The notes beneath the pieces were generated by a model. The model saw nothing but the letters and a program-made list of their open reading frames with translations, was not told where the DNA came from and searched no databases. A stretch of 45,189 nucleotides of DNA from a virus: the IMG/VR virus record IMGVR_UViG_3300045988_017593, positions 1 through 45,189 of that record. One strand, written 5' to 3'. How positions within the stretch are numbered: position 1 is the stretch's first letter; each line of letters starts with the position of its first letter. The position numbers and the translations under genes are program-made. This document shows positions 9,137 to 16,692 of the stretch, piece after piece.

Positions 9137-9231
9137 TGCCGGGTCGGCCAACAACGCCCGCAACGTCAACACCGATGGCACGCTGAACAGGAACAACGCC
9201 TACAACGGCAACAACGGCCTGCGCCCCGCTT
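9137..9231 (+). other. DGR template repeat (TR)
   Basis: 95 nt aligned by hand to 11211-11305 and, from 9153, to 21346-21424. In the VR reading frame it contains 10 AAC codons and 25 adenines. It ends in GC-rich GGCCTGCGCCCCGCTT. Confidence 0.9.
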
Positions 9232-9254
9232 CGATGGAGAGCTCGACTTATTAA

Positions 9255-9271
9255 CCGCCCGCGGAGGGCGG
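9255..9271 (+). other. Hairpin in the TR-RT spacer (CCGCCC-GCGGA-GGGCGG)
   Basis: Perfect 6-bp GC stem read directly. Confidence 0.5.
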
Positions 9272-9327
9272 CGAACACTATGCACCATCATCCAAGGAAG
9301 GCGTATCCCTCCCGCAGCCTGCGCCGT

Positions 9328-9344
9328 ATGACCGGCGCGGTCAT
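9328..9344 (+). other. Hairpin in the TR-RT spacer (ATGACC-GGCGC-GGTCAT)
   Basis: Perfect 6-bp stem read directly. Confidence 0.5.
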
Positions 9345-9425
9345 GGGTAAACACAGGACTGCTGATGCGGCCGGCGGCGCACGCAAAGCGTGGCCGGAGC
9401 TATCCACGGCAGGGAAAATTTAATC

Positions 9426-10601
9426 ATGGAGAACATCGTCAACAGCTTCACCGCGCTCTATGCCGCCTACAAAAAGACCCGCTGCGGCAAGCGCGACAAC
9501 CCCACGGCCATGCGTTTCCGCATGGAGGCCGTGGAACGCACAGACGACCTCGCCCGGAGGCTTCAGCGACGCGAGTACACCTTCGGCCCGTATTACCCCT
9601 TCAAGGTCTACGAGCCCAAGGAACGCCTCGTGCTCGCCATCGACTTCGAGGGGAAGGTCGTGCAGCACTCCCTATGCGACAACGTCCTCGAGCCTTGCTT
9701 CACCCGGCGCCTGATCCGGGACAACTACGCGGGGCAGATCGGCAAAGGCACCCACGATGGCCTTGACCGTCTCGCCAAAGCTATGCGCCACTACTTCTTC
9801 AGCAGGAAGGCGGCCGACGAAGCGGCCCGCAGGGCTGCCGGCCTGCCATACCGGCCGATGGAGGCGTGGGACTACGCCGACGGCTGGGTGCTCAAGGGAG
9901 ATTTTTCAAAGTTCTTTTACACCCTTCTCCATGCTGTGTGCTACGAGAAGGCGAAGAAGGCCCTCGCAGTCATCGAGGACGACGAGCTGCGCGACTTCGT
10001 CGAGTGGCTCCTGAGTCAGGTCATCGACAGCACGCCGGATCCTGGCATCCCGATCGGCAACCAGAGCAGCCAGCTCCTCGCTCTGCTCTACCTCGACGAC
10101 TTCGACCACTGGCTGCGGGATGACCTCGGCCTCGTCTATGGCAGATACATGGACGACTTCTACATCATCAGCAGCGACAAGCTGCTGCTCCGTCGGATCC
10201 TGAAGGAGATCGAGGAGTACATCAAACCGCTCGGCCTGCGGCTGAACAAAAAGACGCAGATCTTCCCACTGAAGAATGGCATCGACTTCCTCGGCTTCCA
10301 CACCTACCTCACGAGCACCGGCAAGGTGGTCAGGAAGGTGCGAGCCAAGAGTATCGACAACATGAAGCGAAAGATCCGCAAATACCGCGGGCTGGTGGAC
10401 TCCGGCAGGATGACGCTCGAGGGCGTCGTCCAGTCCTATGCGAGCTGGTGCGGCCACATATCACACGGCAACACCTACCACCTGTGGCAGAGCATGGACT
10501 CCTACTTCTTCGGCTACTTCCCGGAGCTGAAACCAAACCCGAAAGGAGACAACACACATGGCCCAAAAACTGAGCAACCTCGCAAACAAAGCGAAGGTTA
10601 A
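9426..10601 (+). CDS. DGR-type reverse transcriptase
   Basis: YMDDFYI catalytic motif and IGNQSSQLLALLYL (the DGR-specific [ILV]G..SQ motif). TR lies about 195 nt upstream. ATG 9426 (MENIVNSF) is preferred over the ORF-track start. Confidence 0.9.
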   Translation: MENIVNSFTALYAAYKKTRCGKRDNPTAMRFRMEAVERTDDLARRLQRREYTFGPYYPFKVYEPKERLVLAIDFEGKVVQHSLCDNVLEPCFTRRLIRDNYAGQIGKGTHDGLDRLAKAMRHYFFSRKAADEAARRAAGLPYRPMEAWDYADGWVLKGDFSKFFYTLLHAVCYEKAKKALAVIEDDELRDFVEWLLSQVIDSTPDPGIPIGNQSSQLLALLYLDDFDHWLRDDLGLVYGRYMDDFYIISSDKLLLRRILKEIEEYIKPLGLRLNKKTQIFPLKNGIDFLGFHTYLTSTGKVVRKVRAKSIDNMKRKIRKYRGLVDSGRMTLEGVVQSYASWCGHISHGNTYHLWQSMDSYFFGYFPELKPNPKGDNTHGPKTEQPRKQSEG

Positions 10602-12267
10602 GTTCGGCAGCCTTCACGGCAAGCCGATCATCTGGATCGTGGCAGACAAAAACCACGCCGGCTACCCCTCGGGCAGCGTCACCCTCGTGACCAATCAGAT
10701 CATCAAGATGCTCTGCTTCGATGCAAAGGAGAGCTCCAACGGAAACAGCGACCGCAAAAGCTACGGCAACAACCGCTACATCCACTCCAACATCCGGCAG
10801 TGGCTCAACAGCTCCGCAGCAGCAGGCGCGTGGTACACTGCGCAGCACTCCGCTGACGCACCTCCCTCCTCTGCGAACGTCTGGAGCAGCACCAACGCCT
10901 ACGACACGATCGCCGGCTTCCTGAACGCCTTCACCGCAAACGAGCGGGCCGCCCTTCTGGACACCACCATCACGGTCGGCAAGAGCTCCACAGATGGTGG
11001 CGGGACTGAGACCTGCACCGACAAGATCTTCCTCCTGTCCTGCACTGAGGTCAACCTCTCCGGCGACCACACCTGCGGCAGCAAGCTGGCGATCTTCAGC
11101 GACAACGCGAGCCGCGTCGCTACCGTGACCGCTGAGTGCGTCGCAAACTCCAACTACTCCAGCAACCCAGCCTCCGGGGCTGCGTGGTACTACTGGCTGC
11201 GCGACGCCTATGCCGGGTCGGCCAACATCGCCCGCGGCGTCTACACCGATGGCACGCTGCACTGGAACCGCGCCTACTACGGCTACTACGGCCTGCGCCC
11301 CGCTTGTAATCTGTCCTCTGATCTCCTGATCTCCGACTCCACCGACTCGGATGGCTGCTACACGGTCATCTACAATCAGGCCCCGACTGCGCCGGCTTCC
11401 ATCACCGTCCCGACTGAGGTGATCGGCGGCGAAAACCTGAGCATCTCGTGGGGCCAGAGCACCGACGCCGACGGCAACCTGAGCGGCTACACCCTCGAGC
11501 GCAAGTATGATAGCGGCACATGGACGCAGATCTACAAAGGCGCCGCCCGCAGCTACTCCGACCCCATCACCTACGGATGGACGAGCGTGCAGTACCGCGT
11601 CAAGGCATACGACACCGCAGGCGCCGAGTCCGCATACACGACCAGCGCGACCCGCAACGTCATCAACAACCGCGCACCCGTCATCAGCGGCAGCGACGGA
11701 GATCTCGGCAGCTACACCGCGGCGCCTCCCGCCTTCGACTATACCGTCACCGACGCCGACGGCCATCAGGTCACAGTCGTCGAGAAACTGGATGGCACGA
11801 AGATCAAGGAGTACACCGTAACGCTCGGCGAGGCCAACAGCTTCGCGATCAGTGCGGAGACGTGGCAGAAGATCCTCAACGGATCCCACACCATCACCAT
11901 CACCGCCACCGACGCGAAGAACGTGAGCGCCGTGAGGGCTATGACCTTCACCAAAGCGGTCAACGCCGTCGAGTTCGAGCAGACCCTCGCCATGGCCGCG
12001 GATGATATGCCGACCAAGGCGCTCGTCAACGTGCAGGGCCACTTCCCGACAGGCTGCACTCTGACGATCTGGATCTGCAACAACGGCAACGACGCAGCGC
12101 CCGCATGGGAGGACATCACCAACAAGGCCCTCAACGGGACGAAGCACTTCTTCACCAACACCGCCAAGACAGCCGATGCGTGGGGCGTGAAGATCAAGGT
12201 CAAGCTCCTGCGCGGATCTGCGACCGAGACCTGCTACATCCAGAGCGTCGGCGGTAACTTCGCATAA
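10558..12267 (+). CDS. DGR target protein 1: N-terminal C-type-lectin-fold variable domain, then FN3/Ig-like domains (probable receptor-binding tail fibre component)
   Basis: VR encodes residues about 218-250, ending in GLRPAC. Downstream, PTAPASITVP...LSISWGQSTDADGNLSGYTLERKYDSGTWTQIY...YRVKAYD is FN3-like. SD AAAGGAGACAACACACATG. The start overlaps the RT 3' end by 44 nt. Confidence 0.85.
   Translation: MAQKLSNLANKAKVKFGSLHGKPIIWIVADKNHAGYPSGSVTLVTNQIIKMLCFDAKESSNGNSDRKSYGNNRYIHSNIRQWLNSSAAAGAWYTAQHSADAPPSSANVWSSTNAYDTIAGFLNAFTANERAALLDTTITVGKSSTDGGGTETCTDKIFLLSCTEVNLSGDHTCGSKLAIFSDNASRVATVTAECVANSNYSSNPASGAAWYYWLRDAYAGSANIARGVYTDGTLHWNRAYYGYYGLRPACNLSSDLLISDSTDSDGCYTVIYNQAPTAPASITVPTEVIGGENLSISWGQSTDADGNLSGYTLERKYDSGTWTQIYKGAARSYSDPITYGWTSVQYRVKAYDTAGAESAYTTSATRNVINNRAPVISGSDGDLGSYTAAPPAFDYTVTDADGHQVTVVEKLDGTKIKEYTVTLGEANSFAISAETWQKILNGSHTITITATDAKNVSAVRAMTFTKAVNAVEFEQTLAMAADDMPTKALVNVQGHFPTGCTLTIWICNNGNDAAPAWEDITNKALNGTKHFFTNTAKTADAWGVKIKVKLLRGSATETCYIQSVGGNFA
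11211..11305 (+). repeat. DGR variable repeat 1 (VR1)
   Basis: 95-nt hand alignment to TR gives 11 mismatches, every one at a TR adenine (e.g. AAC to ATC, GGC, TAC, CAC, CGC; AGG to TGG). In frame with the target ORF. Confidence 0.9.
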
Positions 12268-12284
12268 ACGAAAGGAGGAGCACC

Positions 12285-12443
12285 GTGATCTACTTCAAAG
12301 AGCACAGCATCAAAGAGATCCACGAGAAGGAGCAGGCCGCTCAGGGCGGCGGCACTTCTGCCGAGGACAAGCAGCGCATCACCGACCTCGAGGAGGAGAT
12401 GACTGAGCTGACCAACGCCATCGAAAGGGGGCTGACGGAATGA
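12285..12443 (+). CDS. Small coiled-coil protein (52 aa), absent from the supplied ORF track
   Basis: GTG 12285 lies 6 nt after AAAGGAGGAG. Reads VIYFKEHSIKEIHEKEQAAQGGGTSAEDKQRITDLEEEMTELTNAIERGLTE*. The stop overlaps the next ATG (ATGA). Confidence 0.55.
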   Translation: MIYFKEHSIKEIHEKEQAAQGGGTSAEDKQRITDLEEEMTELTNAIERGLTE

Positions 12444-12913
12444 GCACCAAGTACAGCGGCCTCGAAGCCGCCATCCGCAGCGCTCGCATGAGCACTGTCA
12501 ACGAGATCACAGCCGGCGAGCGCACCGGCACCGACGTCATCGCCTGCGAGGAGCTTCTGCCCGCGTGGACGAAGGCGGGCCCCAAGGGAGACGGCAGCCA
12601 CGAAGTCGGCGAGCCCTGCACCCACGCCGGGCAGGCGTGGAGATGCTGTCAGGCTCACAACTGCAACAACAACCCCGACATCGAGCCCGGCAAAAACCCC
12701 GCACAGTGGGCCCCCTACCACACCAAGGATCCCAAAAAGGCCAAGCCCTTCATCCAGCCCACCGGCGCCCACGATACCTACCAGACCGGCGAGTGCTGCG
12801 TCTGGACTGACGGCAGCGTGAAGCGCTCCAAGGCGGACAACAACGCATACAGCCCGGCTGACTATGCGCAGGGATGGGAGGACGTGCCTGCCGAGGAAGG
12901 GGGCACCGTATGA
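12440..12913 (+). CDS. Hypothetical Cys/Trp-rich protein, possibly carbohydrate-binding
   Basis: AWTKAGPKGDGSHEVGEPCTHAGQAWRCCQAHN...NPAQWAPY and ...YQTGECCVWTDGSVKRSKADNNAYSPADYAQGWE loosely resemble CBM5/12-type repeats. Translationally coupled on both sides. Confidence 0.45.
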   Translation: MSTKYSGLEAAIRSARMSTVNEITAGERTGTDVIACEELLPAWTKAGPKGDGSHEVGEPCTHAGQAWRCCQAHNCNNNPDIEPGKNPAQWAPYHTKDPKKAKPFIQPTGAHDTYQTGECCVWTDGSVKRSKADNNAYSPADYAQGWEDVPAEEGGTV

Positions 12914-13275
12914 TCGAGATCAATATCACCGAGCTGGTGGTGCTGATGGGGATCCCTTCGGCGATCACCGGCTTCTGCTTCTGGCTGCTTGAGCGCAGGA
13001 TCCAGCGCCGCGAGAAAGAACGCGACCGCATCGATGAGGAGCGCCGCAAGAAGGCAGAGGCCAGAGAAAAAGCCCGCGAGGAGCTGGAGCTCATGATCGT
13101 GCAGAGCAACGGGGCGGCCATCGCCCTCTCCGAAGCCACGGCCAGAGCTGTGCAGCGCATCCCAGACGCCCACTGCAACGGGGAAATGCACGCGGCTCTC
13201 GACTATGCTGCCAAGGTCAAACACGCGCAGAAGGACTTCCTCACGCGGCAGGGGATCCAAGCGATCCTCGAGTGA
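12910..13275 (+). CDS. Membrane-anchored coiled-coil protein (lysis cassette; holin or antiholin candidate)
   Basis: N-terminal TM segment LVVLMGIPSAITGFCFWLL followed by a charged helix. Confidence 0.5.
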   Translation: MIEINITELVVLMGIPSAITGFCFWLLERRIQRREKERDRIDEERRKKAEAREKAREELELMIVQSNGAAIALSEATARAVQRIPDAHCNGEMHAALDYAAKVKHAQKDFLTRQGIQAILE

Positions 13276-13289
13276 CGGAGGTGGTCGGC

Positions 13290-13655
13290 ATGGCAGCGCA
13301 AACACACACCGACGCCGACCAGCAGGAATACATCGACCAGCTAATAGCTGAAAACAGAGAGCTCCGGCTTCAGATCCGACGCCTCAAGGCCCGGAACAAG
13401 AAAAAGAAGCCGGAGTTCTCCAAAATCATATTTACCGGGACGAGCATCGTGACCATCGCGGTCACGATCTTTTCCTGCTGGATGATCGTCACCACAATGG
13501 ACACGACCCCGCTCTGCTATCTGATCCCGGCGATCTTCGCCGAGATGGCGAGCGCGACGGCCTTCTACTACACGAAGGCGAAGGCCGAGAACAAGATCAA
13601 GCTCATGAAGGCCAACAAGGTGCAGCCAGAGGCCGGGAGCTTCGACGTCTACTAA
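13290..13655 (+). CDS. Putative holin (two TM segments)
   Basis: IIFTGTSIVTIAVTIFSCWMIV and LCYLIPAIFAEMASATAFYY, then a basic tail. Lies immediately upstream of the endolysin. Confidence 0.55.
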   Translation: MAAQTHTDADQQEYIDQLIAENRELRLQIRRLKARNKKKKPEFSKIIFTGTSIVTIAVTIFSCWMIVTTMDTTPLCYLIPAIFAEMASATAFYYTKAKAENKIKLMKANKVQPEAGSFDVY

Positions 13656-13668
13656 GGAGGCGTAACAC

Positions 13669-15153
13669 ATGGCACTACAAGGAAAAACCAACGAGGAGCG
13701 GATCTGGTACTTCCTCCGCTCCAAGGGGCTCAGCGACTACGGCGTGGCCGGTCTGATGGGTAATCTCTACGCAGAGAGCGCCCTGCGCCCCGAAAATCTT
13801 CAGAACACCTACGAGAAAAAGCTCGGCATGACTGACGCCGAGTACACCGCGGCCGTCGACTCCGGCGCCTATGCCGGCTTCGTCCGCGACTCCGCAGGCT
13901 ACGGTCTGGCGCAGTGGACATACTGGTCGCGCAAGGAGGGTCTGCTGGCCTTCGCGAAGGCTGCCGGCAAGTCCATCGGCGACCTCGAGATGCAGCTCGG
14001 CTTCCTCTGGAAAGAGCTGAGCGAGGGCTACAAGGGCGTCCTCAACGTCCTGAAGGCGGCCACCAGCGTCAGACAGGCATCCGACAAGGTGCTGACAGAC
14101 TTCGAGAGACCGGCCGACCAGAGCGAGACCGCCAAGGTGCGCCGGGCGTCCTACGGACAGAAATACCTCGACAAATACGCAGCGAAACCCTCGCAGAACG
14201 GAGGCACGACCATGAAATGCACCGCGCCCAACCTGATCGCCATCGCCGTCGCTGAGATCGGATACATGGAGAAGGAAACCAACGCGCAGCTCGACAACAA
14301 GACCGCCAACGCCGGCGACGAGGACTACACCAAATACTCCCGAGACCTGCGGGCTGCCGGCTACTACAACGGCAACAAGCAGGGCTTCGCGTGGTGCGAC
14401 GTTTTCGTCGACTGGTGTTTCTTCCAGCTCTGCGGAGGCGACGCCAAGAAGGCGCAGGAGGTCGAGTGTCAGACCGGCGACTGCGGCGCCGGCTGCAAGT
14501 TCTCGATGCAGTATTATCAGCAGGCCGGCCGTCTGTTTGACGACCCCGAGCCCGGCGATCAGATATTCTTCACCCGCAACGGATCCATCACCCACACAGG
14601 CATCGTGGAGACCGTGAGCAGCACCAAGATCACCACCATCGAGGGCAACACCAGCAACGTCGTCGCCCGCCGCACCTATAACCGCAGCGACCCCTACATC
14701 AAGGCATACGGCCGCCCGAGATATGACGGCAGCGCCGCGACCGTGAAGCCATCCACCGGCACGCCTGAGCCTGCTCAGCCTACCGGCGAGCAGGTCTACA
14801 CTGTCGTCAGAGGCGACACCCTGAGCGGGATCGCGGCCAAGTTCGGCACCACCTACCAGAAGCTCGCCACCTACAACGGCATCACCAACGTCAACATGAT
14901 CCGCGTGGGTCAGAAGATCAAGATCCCCGGCACTGCCGGCGGTGAGATCAAGGTCGGCGACGTGGTGCAGTTCGCCGGCGGGCCTCACTACACCAGCGCA
15001 AACGCCGCCACCGCCAAGACATCACCGAAGGCGGGCCCCGCCAAGGTGACGGCCATCAGCAAGAGCGGTAAGCACCCCTATCACATCATCCACACCACCA
15101 GCGCCTCCACCGTCTACGGATGGGTCGACGCTGACAAAATCACGAAGGTCTAA
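13669..15153 (+). CDS. Multidomain endolysin (lysozyme-like N-terminus, CHAP, LysM, SH3-like)
   Basis: GLMGNLYAESALRPENLQ...GYGLAQWT (phage lysozyme-like); GFAWCDVFVDW...ITHTGIVE (CHAP Cys/His); YTVVRGDTLSGIAAKFGTTYQKLATYNGI (LysM); C-terminal SH3-like segment. Confidence 0.85.
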   Translation: MALQGKTNEERIWYFLRSKGLSDYGVAGLMGNLYAESALRPENLQNTYEKKLGMTDAEYTAAVDSGAYAGFVRDSAGYGLAQWTYWSRKEGLLAFAKAAGKSIGDLEMQLGFLWKELSEGYKGVLNVLKAATSVRQASDKVLTDFERPADQSETAKVRRASYGQKYLDKYAAKPSQNGGTTMKCTAPNLIAIAVAEIGYMEKETNAQLDNKTANAGDEDYTKYSRDLRAAGYYNGNKQGFAWCDVFVDWCFFQLCGGDAKKAQEVECQTGDCGAGCKFSMQYYQQAGRLFDDPEPGDQIFFTRNGSITHTGIVETVSSTKITTIEGNTSNVVARRTYNRSDPYIKAYGRPRYDGSAATVKPSTGTPEPAQPTGEQVYTVVRGDTLSGIAAKFGTTYQKLATYNGITNVNMIRVGQKIKIPGTAGGEIKVGDVVQFAGGPHYTSANAATAKTSPKAGPAKVTAISKSGKHPYHIIHTTSASTVYGWVDADKITKV

Positions 15154-15156
15154 GCG

Positions 15157-15318
15157 ATGCTCGCGGGCATCCTCGGGCTGGCGCTCATGATCCTCATGGG
15201 CGCCATCCTCGTGATATGGATCCGGGCACTCGTGGAGTCGGACGGCTCCTGTCCCTGCGACGAAAGCGAGTGCGAGACCTGCCCCTTCCCCTGCGAAGGG
15301 CACAACAAAAGGAGGTAA
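15157..15318 (+). CDS. Small Cys-rich membrane protein (53 aa), absent from the ORF track
   Basis: [53 protein letters not shown]. Architecture resembles the small TM plus Cys-cluster proteins often annotated as FeoB-associated Cys-rich membrane proteins. Confidence 0.5.
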   Translation: MLAGILGLALMILMGAILVIWIRALVESDGSCPCDESECETCPFPCEGHNKRR

Positions 15319-15321
15319 CAC

Positions 15322-15816
15322 ATGGACATCACCATCATCAAGCTCGGCGCCGGGCTCCTGCTCCTGATCGTCGCAAACATCATCCTCGGCTCCGTCGGGG
15401 CCGCGATCAGCAAGACGTGGGACTGGACGAAGTTCTGGAACGGCATCACCAAGGGAATTGCCGTCACGGCCGCCCTCGTGGCCGTCTACTATGCCGGCTA
15501 TCTCAACCCCGACCTGCTCGTCATCGAGACGGGCGGCCAGACCGTCAACCTGATGACGGCCATCTACATCACCCTGATGGCTGCCTTCACCGTCTACGCT
15601 GTGGACGTGGTGAAAAAGCTGAGGGATATGCTCACCAGCGCGACCCCCGGCTCTGCCGATATTGAAACCGAAGGCGGCACCGAGTTCGAGGATCCTGAGC
15701 TGAGCGAGTGGCTGCCCGAAACTGAGGGCAACGACCAGACCTACGACGCAGAGGACGACGAGCTCCCTGAGCCGGTCGACGTCGTTGACGCCGAGCAGCA
15801 GGATCAGAAAGAATAA
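15322..15816 (+). CDS. Multi-TM membrane protein with acidic C-terminal tail (holin-like)
   Basis: Three to four hydrophobic segments, a WDWTKFWNGITKG motif and a highly acidic tail. Last gene of the lysis cassette. Confidence 0.55.
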   Translation: MDITIIKLGAGLLLLIVANIILGSVGAAISKTWDWTKFWNGITKGIAVTAALVAVYYAGYLNPDLLVIETGGQTVNLMTAIYITLMAAFTVYAVDVVKKLRDMLTSATPGSADIETEGGTEFEDPELSEWLPETEGNDQTYDAEDDELPEPVDVVDAEQQDQKE

Positions 15817-15824
15817 CAGACACA

Positions 15825-15860
15825 GAAAAACCCGCCCGGGATCCCCGGGCGGGCTTTTTT
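15825..15860. terminator. Bidirectional rho-independent terminator
   Basis: GAAAAA-CCCGCCCGGG-ATC-CCCGGGCGGG-CTTTTTT lies between convergent genes ending at 15816 (+) and 15865 (-). Confidence 0.85.
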
Positions 15861-15864
15861 ACGT

Positions 15865-16647
15865 TTATAGGACTTTTTGTTGCTTCAGGAAGTCAGCGGC
15901 GGCTTTATAGACCTTCGTGCCTCTGTTCGGCCCTCTGAAGTCATCGACCTCACGGCCTTCCAGCGACTTCAGCAGCGCAGGATCCGCGGCCAGACACTCG
16001 CCGCAGGCCGTCAGCCGGTCGTACACCGGCAGCAGGCGGGGATCCGTCATGCGGCCGCCATTTTCCTGAAGATAGACCGCGTAGGCATACAGCTCACCGA
16101 TCTGCGGCCCCTTCATCTGGCTGACCATATAACCGAGCAGGGCCTCGGCTCCGACAAAGCGGGAAAACTTCACGCCGGCGGCGTGCGCATACCGAGAGAG
16201 GCCGGGATCTGGCGCAGCTTCGTCCTCATCGACGATCCGGCTGATGATGGCACTGAGGTCATCCTTGCAGGCTCCCTCGGGGATCATGGCCTCAAGCTCC
16301 AGCGCGTAGTCCATTTGGCGCTCGGTCGGCTCCACCTGCTGCTCGATCTCAACGGTCAGAGGCTCGACCAGCCCGTCAGCCACAGCCGCAGCTCTGGCAG
16401 CGGCCTCGTCCTGCATCTCGTATCGCTTCGTATTTTTTCGGCCGGTACTGCCGTTCACGCCGGACACACGAAAGCGACCGAAGTTCACAAAGCCGCCCGA
16501 GGGGCTCACATACCCGCCGACGTCGGCCAGCGGCATCTCGCCGGGCGTGCGCTGCTTCACCTCCACCTCGACAACCTTCAGCTCGCTACGCACCGTGATC
16601 GGCGCCGGAGCGGGCTCTTTTTTCTTAAACAGGTCAAAAATGCCCAT
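15865..16647 (-). CDS. Hypothetical protein, the only credible minus-strand gene (lysogeny-expressed moron candidate)
   Basis: ATG at 16647 (MGIFDLFKKK...) follows GGAGGATAAC on the minus strand. 260 aa. Internal PTERQMDYALELEAMIPEG...LSAIISRI motif. No family recognised. Confidence 0.7.
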   Translation of the reverse strand: MGIFDLFKKKEPAPAPITVRSELKVVEVEVKQRTPGEMPLADVGGYVSPSGGFVNFGRFRVSGVNGSTGRKNTKRYEMQDEAAARAAAVADGLVEPLTVEIEQQVEPTERQMDYALELEAMIPEGACKDDLSAIISRIVDEDEAAPDPGLSRYAHAAGVKFSRFVGAEALLGYMVSQMKGPQIGELYAYAVYLQENGGRMTDPRLLPVYDRLTACGECLAADPALLKSLEGREVDDFRGPNRGTKVYKAAADFLKQQKVL

Positions 16648-16692
16648 GTTATCCTCCTTCCAGATGACCACCTCACGTTTTTCGTCTTTAGT

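Larger units (their letters stand above)
8712..12267 (+). mobile_element. Diversity-generating retroelement cassette: avd - TR - RT - target 1
   Basis: The Avd-like gene, adenine-rich TR, DGR-type RT and a VR-bearing target gene are contiguous and co-oriented. Confidence 0.9.

Noticed and set aside
9050-9766. Track ORFs overlapping the TR and spacer (9050-9331 +, 9060-9278 -, 9166-9354 -, 9365-9766 +).
   Set aside because: The region is explained by the non-coding DGR template repeat and its spacer. The translations are Arg/Gln/Pro-rich with no SD, and 9365-9766 is out of frame with the clear RT gene.
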